From an uncultured Planctomycetota bacterium (GTDB taxonomy: Bacteria > Planctomycetota > Planctomycetia > Gemmatales > Gemmataceae), in NCBI GenBank assembly GCA_963849325.1, contig CAWKHF010000002.1, positions 736,001 to 800,000 on the forward strand: DNA of 64,000 nucleotides. The letters are read 5' to 3'. Of this stretch, positions 21,845 to 32,476 are shown in pieces. Position 1 is the first letter of the stretch. Each line of letters begins with the position of its first letter. The position numbers were made by a program, and so were the translations under genes. Below the pieces are notes generated by a model. That model saw only the letters and a list, made by a program, of their open reading frames with translations. It was not told the DNA's origin and searched no databases.

Positions 21845-23332
21845 ATGTTGCCGCATCTCCATCATGAGGAGGCATTCGCACCAGCGACGACGCCCTGTGG
21901 GCGGACGCGGCGCGAATTCCTCTGGGAAACCGGCGGCGGCTTCACCGGGCTGGCGCTGACGGCGCTCCTCAGCGCGGACGGCTTCTTCAACCGCAGGTCT
22001 TTCGCGGCCGAGACCACGGCGACGAGTGACAATTCATTGACACCACGCAGGCCGCATCACGCCGCGCGGGCGAAAGCGGTCATCTGTCTGTTCATGTACG
22101 GCGGAGTCAGCCAGGTCGATACCTGGGATCCCAAGCCGGAGTTGAGCCGGCATAGCGGCCAGCCCATGCCGAACCTCGACCGCGATCCGTTGTTCAAGGT
22201 CCGCAAGCCGGGCACTCTCCTCGGCTCCTCGCGCACCTTCCGCAAACACGGCCAGTCCGGCATCGAGGTATCTGATTTTTTTCCGCACCTCGCTCGCCGC
22301 GTCGATGACCTCGCCGTTATCCGCGGCACCTACGCGGACAGTTTCGCCCACGGCTCCGGCCTGTTGCAGATGAACACCGGCTATCTGCAACAGGGTTATC
22401 CGTGCCTCGGCTCGTGGGTCAGCTACGGCCTGGGCACGTTCAATCAGAACCTGCCGGCGTTCGTCGTCCTGCTCGACGCGCGCGGCGGACCCATCTCCGG
22501 CCCGCCCAACTGGGGCGCCGGTTTCATGCCGGCCGCCCACCAGGGCACGCAGCTGCGCGTCAACGGCGACCCCATCCTCAACCTGTCGCCGCCGGCCGGC
22601 GTCAGCCCGGCCCAGCAGCGCAACCAGCTCGATTTACTCACCCAGCTCAATCGCCAACATCAGCGCGCCACGCCGGACAACAGCGAACTGGCGGCCCGCA
22701 TCGCTGCTTATGAGTTGGCCTTCCGCATGCAGGCCAGCGCCACCGAGGCGGTGGACCTGTCCCGAGAGACGGAGACGACCAAGCGACTCTACGGCCTGGA
22801 CCAACCGTTGACCGAAAAGTTTGGCCGGCGCTGTCTGCTGGCGCGGAGACTGGTCGAGCGCGGTGTGCGCTTCGTCCAGGTCTACTCCGGCGGCGGCCAC
22901 AGTGACGAGACCTGGGACGCTCACGGCGACGTGGTCAAGAACCATACCCTGCACTGCGGCGAGACCGATCAACCCATCGCTGCCCTGCTCACTGATCTCA
23001 AGCAGCGCGGCCTGCTCGATGACACCCTGGTCGTCTGGACCAGCGAGTTTGGCCGCACGCCGACCGGGCAGAACGGCAAGGGCCGCGACCACAGCCCGCG
23101 CGGCTTCACGACCTGGCTGGCCGGCGGCGGTATCAAAGGCGGCCAGGTCTACGGCGCCACTGACGAGTTTGGCTATGCCGCTGTCGAGAACAAGGTCCAC
23201 GTCCACGATCTGCACGCGACCATCCTGCACCTGCTCGGCTTCGACCACGAGCGCCTGACGTATTTCCACGGCGGACGCCAACATCGCCTCACCGACGTTT
23301 CCGGGCAGGTGGTGGAAGACCTTCTCACCTGA
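21845..23332 (+). CDS. DUF1501 protein (Tat-type N-terminus)
   Basis: TRREFL, AKAVICLFMYGGVSQVDTWDPKP, ARRLVERGVRFVQ, EFGRTP, HVHDLHATILHLLG. Confidence 0.95.
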   Translation: MLPHLHHEEAFAPATTPCGRTRREFLWETGGGFTGLALTALLSADGFFNRRSFAAETTATSDNSLTPRRPHHAARAKAVICLFMYGGVSQVDTWDPKPELSRHSGQPMPNLDRDPLFKVRKPGTLLGSSRTFRKHGQSGIEVSDFFPHLARRVDDLAVIRGTYADSFAHGSGLLQMNTGYLQQGYPCLGSWVSYGLGTFNQNLPAFVVLLDARGGPISGPPNWGAGFMPAAHQGTQLRVNGDPILNLSPPAGVSPAQQRNQLDLLTQLNRQHQRATPDNSELAARIAAYELAFRMQASATEAVDLSRETETTKRLYGLDQPLTEKFGRRCLLARRLVERGVRFVQVYSGGGHSDETWDAHGDVVKNHTLHCGETDQPIAALLTDLKQRGLLDDTLVVWTSEFGRTPTGQNGKGRDHSPRGFTTWLAGGGIKGGQVYGATDEFGYAAVENKVHVHDLHATILHLLGFDHERLTYFHGGRQHRLTDVSGQVVEDLLT

Positions 23333-23378
23333 GCCGCTTGCGACTTGGCGTAACCCTGTTCGATTCAAGGAGAACATC

Positions 23379-24313
23379 ATGCGAAGCCAACAGCTCCTCC
23401 TGCGAGGAGCACTCCTCGCCACCGTGCTCGGCCTGGCCGGCTCCGGCTGGCTGCTGCAGGCGGCGGACGTCGATCCCTACGACCAGTCCGGCGTACCGCT
23501 GGAGAAGCAGCCGAGCGACCCGACGCAAACGAAGATCGTCCTCGTGGCCGGTCGCCAGAGCCACGGACCCGGCGAACACGAGTTCTTCGCCGGCTGCGCC
23601 TGCTCATGAAGATGCTTCAGCAGACCTCGGGCATCGCTCCGGTGATGGCCCGCGACGGCTGGCCGAAGGACCCCAAGACCTTCGAGGGCGCCAAGTCAGT
23701 CGTCTTCTACATGGACGGCGGCGGCGGTCATCCGATCATCCAGAAGGACCACCGCGACGTGGTGCAAAAGTTGATGGATCAGGGCGTCGGCTTCGTCAAC
23801 CTGCACTACGCCGTCGAGTATCCCAAGAGCCAGAGCAATCACGTCCTCCAGTGGCTGGGCGGTTACTACGAAACCGGCTACTCGACCAATCCGCACTGGA
23901 AGGCCGACATCGAGAAGTTGCCCGAACACCCGATCACGCGCGGCGTCAAGCCGTTTAGCCTCAACGACGAGTGGTACTTCAACATCCGCTTCAAGCCCGA
24001 ACTGAACGGCGTGACGCCGATCCTCAAGGCGGCGCCGCCCGACAACAAGCGCGGGACCGCGGCGGCCAAGGAGCACAAGGGCCGCGAGGAGATCCTCGCC
24101 TGGGCGTTCGATCGCGCCAACGGCGGCCGTTCGTTCGGCTTCACCGGCGGCCACTTCCACAAAAACTGGGGCGATGAAAACTTCCGCCGTCTCGTCGTCA
24201 ACGCCATCTTGTGGACGGCCAAGATCGAAGTTCCCAGGGACGGCGCCAAGGTCGAGATGAGTGCGGACGAGCTGAACCGCAACCTCGATCGCAAACCCGG
24301 CAAGCGGAAGTGA
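23379..24313 (+). CDS. ThuA-like domain secreted protein (frameshift near 23600)
   Basis: IVLVAGRQSHGPGEHEF, HPITRGV, DEWYF, GGRSFGFTGGHFH, RRLVVNAILW. Confidence 0.85.
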
Positions 24314-24326
24314 AGACCTCATCAAT

Positions 24327-24469
24327 CACCACGGAAAACACGGAAAAAAGACAATAGACAAAAGACAAAAGGGAGAGAAGAGAGAACTGACGCCATGAAC
24401 AAACTTTCCTCTAGCCATCCGATATGGTTTTTTTGTCTTTTTTCCGTGTTTTCCGTGTTTTCCGTGGTG
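24327..24469. repeat. MITE-like element, family C
   Basis: CACCACGGAAAACACGGAAAAAAGACAA ... TTGTCTTTTTTCCGTGTTTTCCGTGTTTTCCGTGGTG. Confidence 0.85.
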
Positions 24470-27403
24470 GTGAATGCTGCTTCTGGGGTGCCGCACGGGC
24501 AGGACGCCATGCCGGGTCCGGCCCTGTCGCCGGCCGAGGCCATCAAGAAGATGACCGTGCCGCCGGGCTTCACCGTCGAGCTGGTCGCCGCCGAGCCGGA
24601 CATCGTCAACCCGGTGGCCATGACCTTCGACGAGCGCGGCCGCATCTGGATCACCGAGAGCCTGGAGTATCCGCGCCGCACCGCCGGCCCTGGCCGCGAC
24701 CGCATCAAGGTGCTGGAAGACACCGACGGCGACGGCAAGGCCGACAAGTTCACGATCTTCGCCGAGGGCCTGAACATCCCTTCCGGCATCGCCGTCGGCC
24801 ACGGCGGCGTCTGGGTCGCCAATTCACCGGACATCCTCTTTTACAAGATCGGTCCCGACGGCAAGGCGGCCGGCAAGCCGGAGGTCGTCGTCACCGGCTT
24901 CGGCCGCAGCGACACGCACGAACTGCCCAACTCGCTGACGTGGGGACCGGACGGCTGGTTGTACGGACTCAACGGCGTCTTCAACCCCAGCCACGTCAAG
25001 CAGCACGGCAAGGATTTCGTCTTCACCTGCGCCCTGTTCCGCATTCATCCCCGGACGCGCGAATTTCAGCTTTTCTGCGAGGGCACGAGCAACCCGTGGG
25101 GCGTCGCCTGGGACCAGGAGGGCAGCGCCTTCGTCAGTGCCTGCGTTATCGATCACTTGTGGCACCTGACCGAAACGGGCTACTACCATCGCCAGGGCGG
25201 GCCGTATCCGCCGTTCACCTGGCCGCTCGGCTCCATCGTCAAGCACCGCCATCAGAAGGCGGCGTACTGCGGCCTCCACTTCTTCGACAGCGACGCCTAT
25301 CCGCCGGAGTATCGCGAGAAACTGTACATGGGCAACATTCACGGCAATTGTGTCAACTGCGACGAGCTGAGCCGCGACGGCTCGACATACTTCGCCCGTC
25401 CACGGCCGGACTTCCTGTCCGCTCACGATGCCTGGTTCATGCCGGTGGCGCAGAAGACCGGGCCGGACGGATGCCTGTACGTCCTCGACTGGTACGACCG
25501 CTACCACTGCTATCAGGACGCCAACCGCGATCCGGCCGGCATCGACCGCCTGCGCGGCCGACTCTATCGCGTCCGCTACAAGGACACGCCGCGGGCGCCG
25601 AAGTTTGATTTGTCGAAAGAAACAGATGAACAATTGATCCGACGTTTGCACAGTCCCAATGGGTTCTTCCGCGACGTGGCTCAGCGGCTCCTGGGTGAAC
25701 GGAACGAGCCGGTGACGCGGGCAAAGTTGGAGAAGCTAGTCCTGGACAAAGGCGTCCCGCGCAAGGCTCGTATGCACGCTCTCTGGGCGCGGATCGGCAA
25801 TGGGCCGCTCGGTGCCGAGTTTCACGATCGACTGTTGCGCCACGAGGATGCGGGCTACCGGGCCTGGGGCGTGCGCGCCGCGGGCAACATGGGCAAGGTG
25901 GAAACAGCGATCCGCTCCAGGGTGCTCGCGCTGACGCACGATCCCGCGCCGGACGTGCAACTGCAGGTGGCCATCGCCGCCCGCAAGATCGAAGGCGTGG
26001 ACACGGTCCCGGTGCTGCTCGAGCTGCTGTCGGCGTGCGGCGACGACAAGCTGATCCCCGTCATCGTCTGGCAGAACTTGCATCCGCTGCTGGAGGACCA
26101 GGCCGAGCACTTCCTGCAAATCACCGCGAAAATGGACCTGACCAAAACTCCACGCCTGGCCGACCTGATGCCGCGTGTCGTCGAGCGCATTCTCGGGCGT
26201 CGCCAAACCGAGCCGAAACTGCTGGTGACTCTCTTGGGATTGCTGACGGAGGGGAAGTCGGCCAATCCGAAGGCGGCGGGGCGATGCCTGGCCGTTCTCG
26301 CCGGCAAAGTGCAGACCGGCGAGATCAACGGCGAGCAGGCGCGCTCGCTGCGCGATTGGCTCGGATCTCGACCTGCGCGAGCTGCTCGGGCAAGCCCCGT
26401 CCAACACCCTGCGGATTGACGCCGCTCTGCTGGCTGCCTCGCTCCGGGAACCGCTCGGCCTGGAGGTCGCTCGTCAGGGCTGCCAATCGAAGGACCAGCC
26501 CGAGGGAGTTCGCCTGCGGGCATTGGACGCTCTTATCGCCTCCAGGGATGACGGTGTCCTCGATGCGGCGGCCGTCATGCTCGCCGGCACGAACGGTTCC
26601 TCGCCCTCGTTCCGCGGCCAGGTGCTCGCCGCCCTGGGCAAGCTCGATGACAATCGCGTGTCATCGATCGTGCTGGCCGAATACGGCCGCATGGAGCCGG
26701 ACCTGCAGCCGCGCGCCGTCGAACTGCTGACCCAACGGACGGCCTGGGGCAAGCAGCTGGTGCGCGCCATCGCCGACAAGAAGATCCGGGCCGGAGCACT
26801 GAACGTCAACCAAGTGCGCAAGCTGCTGGCGAGCAAGGATCCCGAGTTGGTCAAGCAGGTCAAGTCGATCTGGGGCACCGTGCGCGAGGGACGCAACCCG
26901 GAACGCGAGAAGGTCGTCAAGGAGATGAACATGTTCCTGCGCAAGAATCGCGGCGATGCCAGGGCCGGCGCGGTCGTGTTCAAGAACCTGTGCGGCCAGT
27001 GTCACAAGATCCACGGGCAAGGCTTCGATGTCGGGCCTGACCTCACGGGCAACGGCCGCGCTTCTTCGAGCAGCTGCTGTCGAACGTCTTCGATCCGAGC
27101 CTGGTCATCGGCACGGCATACCAGGCGACGACGGTGCAAACCACCAGGGGCCGCACGTTGACCGGACTCGTCGTTGAGGACAATGCCCAGCGCGTCGTAC
27201 TCAAATTGCAGGGCGGTAAGCTGGAAACCATCCCGCGCGGCGATGTCGAGGAGATGAGTGTCAGCCAGGTGTCCTTGATGCCGGAAGGCATTGAAAAACA
27301 ATTGAAGCCAAAAGAGATCGCGGACCTGTTCGCCTTCCTGACGCTCGACAGACCACCGGACGATCCGACCGCCCGCCGCATCCCCGGCACCCCGTGGAAG
27401 TGA
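24395..27403 (+). CDS. PVC-type heme-binding membrane-bound dehydrogenase-like protein (beta-propeller, HEAT repeats, CxxCH; frameshifts ~26370 and ~27065)
   Basis: PPGFTVELVAAEPDIVNPVAMTFDERGR, LEDTDGDGKAD, WGPDGWLY, CGQCH...VGPDLT, SLMPEGIE. Confidence 0.9.
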
Positions 27404-27411
27404 AGAGTGAA

Positions 27412-27531
27412 AAACCACGAATGACACGAATAACACGAATAAAGAAGCAAGACAGGCCGCTGCCATGAGTGCATTTCCCTACCGCAATGTTTTCCGTTGG
27501 TCATTCGTGTTATTCGTGTCATTCGTGGTTT
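27412..27531. repeat. MITE-like element, family C
   Basis: Perfect 29-bp arms AAACCACGAATGACACGAATAACACGAAT / ATTCGTGTTATTCGTGTCATTCGTGGTTT. Confidence 0.9.
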
Positions 27532-27606
27532 GTACTTCTTCTCCGGAATGTGGTCCTGGCAGGTAATTCTCCCCTCGCCGGCTCGACTTGGGAGGTAGGA
27601 GATGTC

Positions 27607-27830
27607 ATGGCTTCCAGGAGCACAGCAATGGATGCCGGATCGCGGGGACGTGCCGGGCATCGCGGAGAGCATGAGTTAAACGAGCTTCTACGCCGAGCCG
27701 TGGAACAGGCGCGTACAGCACCCATGCCGTCGCCTGCGCTGTTCGCGCCCTGGACCAATCGCGGCACATCCTGACTCCGTCGTCTCTGTGGCGGCGCTGG
27801 CTCGTGCGCGGCTCGGTTGGCCGTAACTGA
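27607..27830 (+). CDS. Small protein resembling the N-terminus of the downstream anti-sigma factor (probable frameshift ~27740)
   Basis: RBS AGGAG; ELNELLRRAVEQARTAPMPSPA/VRALDQSRH...WRRWLVRG vs ELGDALRPAVEQVRAAVPSAEAVARSVDRAE...RRWLAWG. Confidence 0.55.
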
Positions 27831-27951
27831 TTCCTCCGAGCGCGGCGTGGAAAAAAATCGTCCTGGATGTCGGCGGATGAGGTAACATTCTCCCGCGCCG
27901 TTCGACTGGTAGGCAGGGAGTCCCATCCCGGACGCTCAGGAGATCCAAGCA

Positions 27952-28443
27952 GTGACCGACTGGGATCGCATTGTGCGCGAGTACGGTCCTTTGGTGTTCG
28001 CCACGGCCTGGAGGATCCTGGGCCACGCCGCGGACACCGAGGATGTGGTGCAGGAAGTTTTCTTGCAGGTCCACCAGTTGTCGCGGACGCATCCGGTGCG
28101 GCACTGGGGCGGCCTGCTGCGCCGCCTCGCCGCCTGCCGGGCGCTGGACCGCCTACGGCAGCGGCGCGGCACCGTCTCGCTCAACGGCCTGTCGCTCGTC
28201 GGACCCGGCGAGGGGCCGGAGGCGGCGGCCGTGGAGCACGAACTGGCCGAGCGGCTGCGCCTTGCCATCGCCCAGCTACCCGAGCGCGAGGCCGCGGTCT
28301 TCTGTCTTCGTTACTTCGACGATCTTTCCTACCAGGACATTGCGGACGCCTTGCACATCCGGATCGGCGCCGTGGCGTCGGCCTTGCACAAGGCCCGTCT
28401 CAAGTTGGAAACCTTTCTGCTGGAGACGGTGCCGGGAGAATAA
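27952..28443 (+). CDS. ECF-type RNA polymerase sigma factor
   Basis: DTEDVVQEVFL, RALDRLR, LPEREAAVFCLRYFDDLSYQDIA...VASALHKARLKL. Confidence 0.93.
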   Translation: MTDWDRIVREYGPLVFATAWRILGHAADTEDVVQEVFLQVHQLSRTHPVRHWGGLLRRLAACRALDRLRQRRGTVSLNGLSLVGPGEGPEAAAVEHELAERLRLAIAQLPEREAAVFCLRYFDDLSYQDIADALHIRIGAVASALHKARLKLETFLLETVPGE

Positions 28444-28446
28444 CGA

Positions 28447-31400
28447 ATGGACGAGAAAACGCCTCCTGTGAATGAGTCAAACCCCATGCAGGAGTTGGGC
28501 GACGCCTTGCGTCCTGCTGTGGAGCAGGTGCGCGCTGCCGTGCCGTCAGCCGAAGCGGTGGCGCGTTCCGTCGATCGTGCGGAGAAACTTGGCCCGCCGC
28601 CGCGCCGACGTTCGCGCCGCTGGCTGGCCTGGGGCGCTGCCGCAGCCGCTGTCGCCGCCGTGGTTATCCTCGGTTATCAACTGTGGCCTCATCCGGTCCA
28701 GGCACCGCCGGAGCAAGTCGCTTTACATGAGTCGCAGTCGGCGCTGTCTACCTTCATGGCACAGGACAAGGACAAAGCCCCTAACAGCACAAGCAATACG
28801 ACTAGGACTGAGACGAAGAAGGACGCTACAACGAACCACTACCTGGATAGTACCACGGCAAACCAGTTCTTTGCCGAGTCGGGTGATCGCGTCGCCCCCA
28901 CCGGCGCCGCGGGGCCTCCAACATCTTCCGGTGCGAGCGGCGGCCGGGGCGGAGTTCCACTCGGAGAAAATCGAGCGAAGGGGGCGCCGGCAAGTTCAAC
29001 CCCGGCGGCGAACAAGTCCGTCTCTGGCCGAAGTTCCATCACAAGGGACGACAGTGGACGGACAAATCGGAGAGATATAGATGGAAAAGTTGCCGCCGAC
29101 GGGAAGAAAGCGAAGTACGCCCCCCAGGCCGAGGGGGAGCGGCTGTCGGAAGGAGATCGGGCGAAAGCCGTGGACGAACTGAAACAAGCCCAGGAGTTAT
29201 TTGAGTTCCGTAGGAAAGAGACGGTTCGTTTTCGGGAACTGGCCGAGAAGAAGGCCATTGATGTGCCGCGTGGTCGATGATATGGAGGAGAAGCTCCGCG
29301 AGGCGGAGCAGCGAGTGAAGGCGCTGGCGAAGCGGCTTCCGGCCGAAATAAGACCGACGGGCCAGAAGCCCGAAGAGAAGAGTCCGCAAGTCTGGCACCG
29401 CGACCGCAGCCGTCCGACCTTCGCCCGCGTCTACGTCGGCGACGGCAACGCCCTGGAGTTGGTCAGCCTGCACGTCAGCGTCACCATCGAGGGGCCGCGC
29501 GCGCGCACCGTGGTCGATCACGTCTTCCGCAACCCGCACGACCGGCAGCTGGAAGGCACGTTCGAATACCCGCTGCCGTCGGGGGCCAGCCCCTCCTACT
29601 TCGCCATGTTCCTCGGTCAGACGCGCGACACTGCCCCGGCGCGCTTCAACCGACGCGGAGATCAGCAACCATTGCCGGCTGATGCCCTGGCCCGGCTGAC
29701 GCCGGCGGAGCTGGTCAAGCAGGTGGACACGACCGACTGGGGCCGCTTGCAGGAAGCTCGCATCGTCTCGAAGGAGAAGGCACTGGAGACGTACGAGGAG
29801 GTGGTGCGCGGCCGCATCGATCCGGCGCTTCTGGAGTACGCCGGCGGCAACACCTTCAGCGGCCGCGTCTTCCCCATCCCGCCGAAGGGCTACAACCGCG
29901 TCATCCTCGCCTACGAGGAGTTGCTGCCCTTCGCTCAGGAACACATGATCTATCGCTTCCCACTGCCCGACCGCAAGCTGAACGAACTGCAGTTCACACT
30001 CCAGGCCCGAGCCGACGAGTGTCTGAAACCGTCGTTCCTGCCCAAGGACGCCGGCAAGGACGAGAGCAACGGCCGCGTCACGTTTTCGCGGACCTGGAAG
30101 GACAGCAAGCCGGAGGGAGAGGTCGTGTTCGCCTGCACGCCGGCGGACCCGCAGGTGCAGGCCGTCAGCGGCCGGCAGGGCGACAACGGCCCGCGCTACC
30201 TCTACGCCCGCCTGCGGCCGCAGCTCAAGACGGTGGCCAAGGACAACGCCTTCGCATCGCACGCCGTCTTCCTGCTCGACACGTCGCTGAGCGAGCATCC
30301 CGAGCGCTTCGACGTCAACGTCCGACTGCTCCGGAAAATCCTGGAGACCGACCCCGACATCAAGCACTTCAACGTCCTGACCTTCAACGTCGGCGCCGCC
30401 TGGCTTGATCCCAACGACTGGATGGACAACAGTCCCGCCGGCCGCGAGAAGGCGCTGAAGAAGCTCGACGGCCTGGTGCTGGAAGGCGCCACCGACATCT
30501 CGTGCGCCCTGGAAAAGCTCGTCCGGCCGGGTTTCGATGTCGCCGCCGGGACGAACCTGGACGTGTTCCTGCTGTCCGACGGCCACATCACCTGGGGCGA
30601 GCCGGACGTGGCGGCGCTGGTGGCGCGCTTCGAGCAGCGCTGCCCGTATGCGACGCGCTTCCACTGCTACCGCACCGGCCTGGGCGAAGAGAACGGCGAA
30701 CTGTTCGAGGCGCTGACGCGCAAGGGCGGCGGCGTCTTTCAGTGCTTCGGCGAAGCCGAACTGGAGGCAGCGGCGCGAGCGCACCGCAGCCAATGCCTGC
30801 AGCGTCGAGCGCGTCCGCTTCGTCGGCGGGCCGGAAGCGAGGGACGTCCTGGTAGCGGGGCGTCGCGCCGCCGTCTACCCCGGCGGCGAGCTGGTCGTGG
30901 CCGCTCGCTTCAACGGGACGGGCCGAAGTACCATTGTGGTGGAAGGCGACTTCGCCGGCCAGAAAATGGTGCAGGAGTTTCCCGTCGAGATCCAGAGCGG
31001 CGGCGAGCTGGCCCCTCGCGCCTGGGCCGAGGTGGCCGTGGCGTCGCTGCTGGCCCTGCACGACAGCAACCTCGATCCGTTGGTGACAGCCTATTGTCAG
31101 CAGTTCGGCATCGTCAGTCGGGCCGCCTCCTTCCTCGTGCTGGAGAACGAGGCCGACTACAAGCGCTTCAACCTGGAGGCGGAGCGCGGCAAAACGCTGG
31201 CCGGCGACCTCGGCGTTTTCCTCGCCGACGTGTGGGCGCGGCTGGGCAAGGCCGTCCCCGCCGGCAAGGAGTTCGAGCGCTTTCTGACGCAGGTGGACAA
31301 GCGCGTCAACCTGCTCAACGGACCCGGCGGCGCCCACGTCAAGCAGATGCTTACCTTGCTCAAGGAAGGCGACTTCGAGCTTCCGGCCGGCTCGGTCCAG

Positions 31401-32286
31401 GGCGGACTCGTCCACCGCACGGACAAGGGCGTGGGCGACTATCTCGGCGAGCGCGAGCGCGACCGCCGCAACGTAGCCGTGTATCTGAAGGAAGCGCGGC
31501 GCCGCGCCGAGGCGGGCGACGTGGACGGCGCCGTCCGCGTGCTGTCCAGCATCATCGAGGAGTATCCGACTCGCGGCGACGCCCTGCGCCTGGTCGGCTA
31601 TCGACTGGTCGATCTGGGGCAGGCGGCGCAGGCGGCGCGGCTGTTCAGCCAGGTGCAGAAGCAGCGGCCGTTCGAGCCGCACAGCTACCGCGACCTGGCC
31701 CACGCCCTGGAGGAGAGCGGCAAGTTCGGCCTGGCCGCGATCAACTACGAGATCGTCCTGGCCGGCACCTGGCACAACCGTTTTCGCGCACGAACTGAAG
31801 CTCGTGGCCCAGGAGGAATACGCTCACATGATGCAGGAAGCCATTCGCCGCAAGGCGATCAGCCCGAGCCTGGCCAACCACTTCGGCGAGCGGCTGGAGC
31901 AGATGGCCCGGCCGCAGCCCAGGAGCGACCTGCGCGTCACCATCTCGTGGAACACGGACGCGACCGACGTGGATCTGTGGGTGATCGAGCCGGACGGGAC
32001 CAAGTGCTTCTATCAGCACAACCGCACCAAGTCCGGCGGCGAGCTGTCGCAGGACCAGACGCAGGGCTACGGACCCGAGCGCTACCAGGTCGTCCGGGCG
32101 CAGCCGGGCGTGTACACGGTATTCGTCCATTACTTCCGTCCCAATCCGAACCTGCTGGGCGGCGAAACGCACGTCAACGTCCGCGTGACGCGCTTCGCCG
32201 GCACGCCGCAAGAAAAGGTCGAACGACACACCGTCATCCTCAAGCGGCACAACGAGCAGGTCGAGGTCTGCAAGATCCCGTTCTGA
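28447..32286 (+). CDS. Putative anti-sigma factor: TM helix + low-complexity linker + VIT + vWA + TPR + DUF2135-like C-terminus (frameshifts ~29265, ~30805, ~31790)
   Basis: 3 nt after ECF; TM WGAAAAAVAAVVILGY; VIT FRNPHDRQLEGTFEYPLP; vWA FLLDTSLS, GATD, LLSDG; TPR-like helices; DLRVTISWNTDATDVDLWVIEPDG, QGYGPE. Confidence 0.8.
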
Positions 32287-32308
32287 CCGCACGCCCGCCT
32301 CTCCTTCA

Positions 32309-32356
32309 AACGCCGGGGTTTGACGCCAGGCGCCGAACCCCGGCGTTCCTTTTTTT
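32309..32356 (+). terminator. Rho-independent terminator
   Basis: AACGCCGGGGTT / AACCCCGGCGTT stem followed by TTTTTTT. Confidence 0.7.
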
Positions 32357-32407
32357 GATCCTGATACAATGCGTGGATGCGTCCTTCGAGCGCATCCCGA
32401 AGAACTC

Positions 32408-32454
32408 TCGTTTAGCCGCGACGCAGCGCTCCGCTGCGCGTCGCGGCTAAACGA
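32408..32454. repeat. Palindromic repeat, family A (internally shortened)
   Basis: TCGTTTAGCCGCGACGCAGCGCTCCGCTGCGCGTCGCGGCTAAACGA. Confidence 0.85.
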
Positions 32455-32476
32455 AAAGAGCAAGCGAGAATACCCT

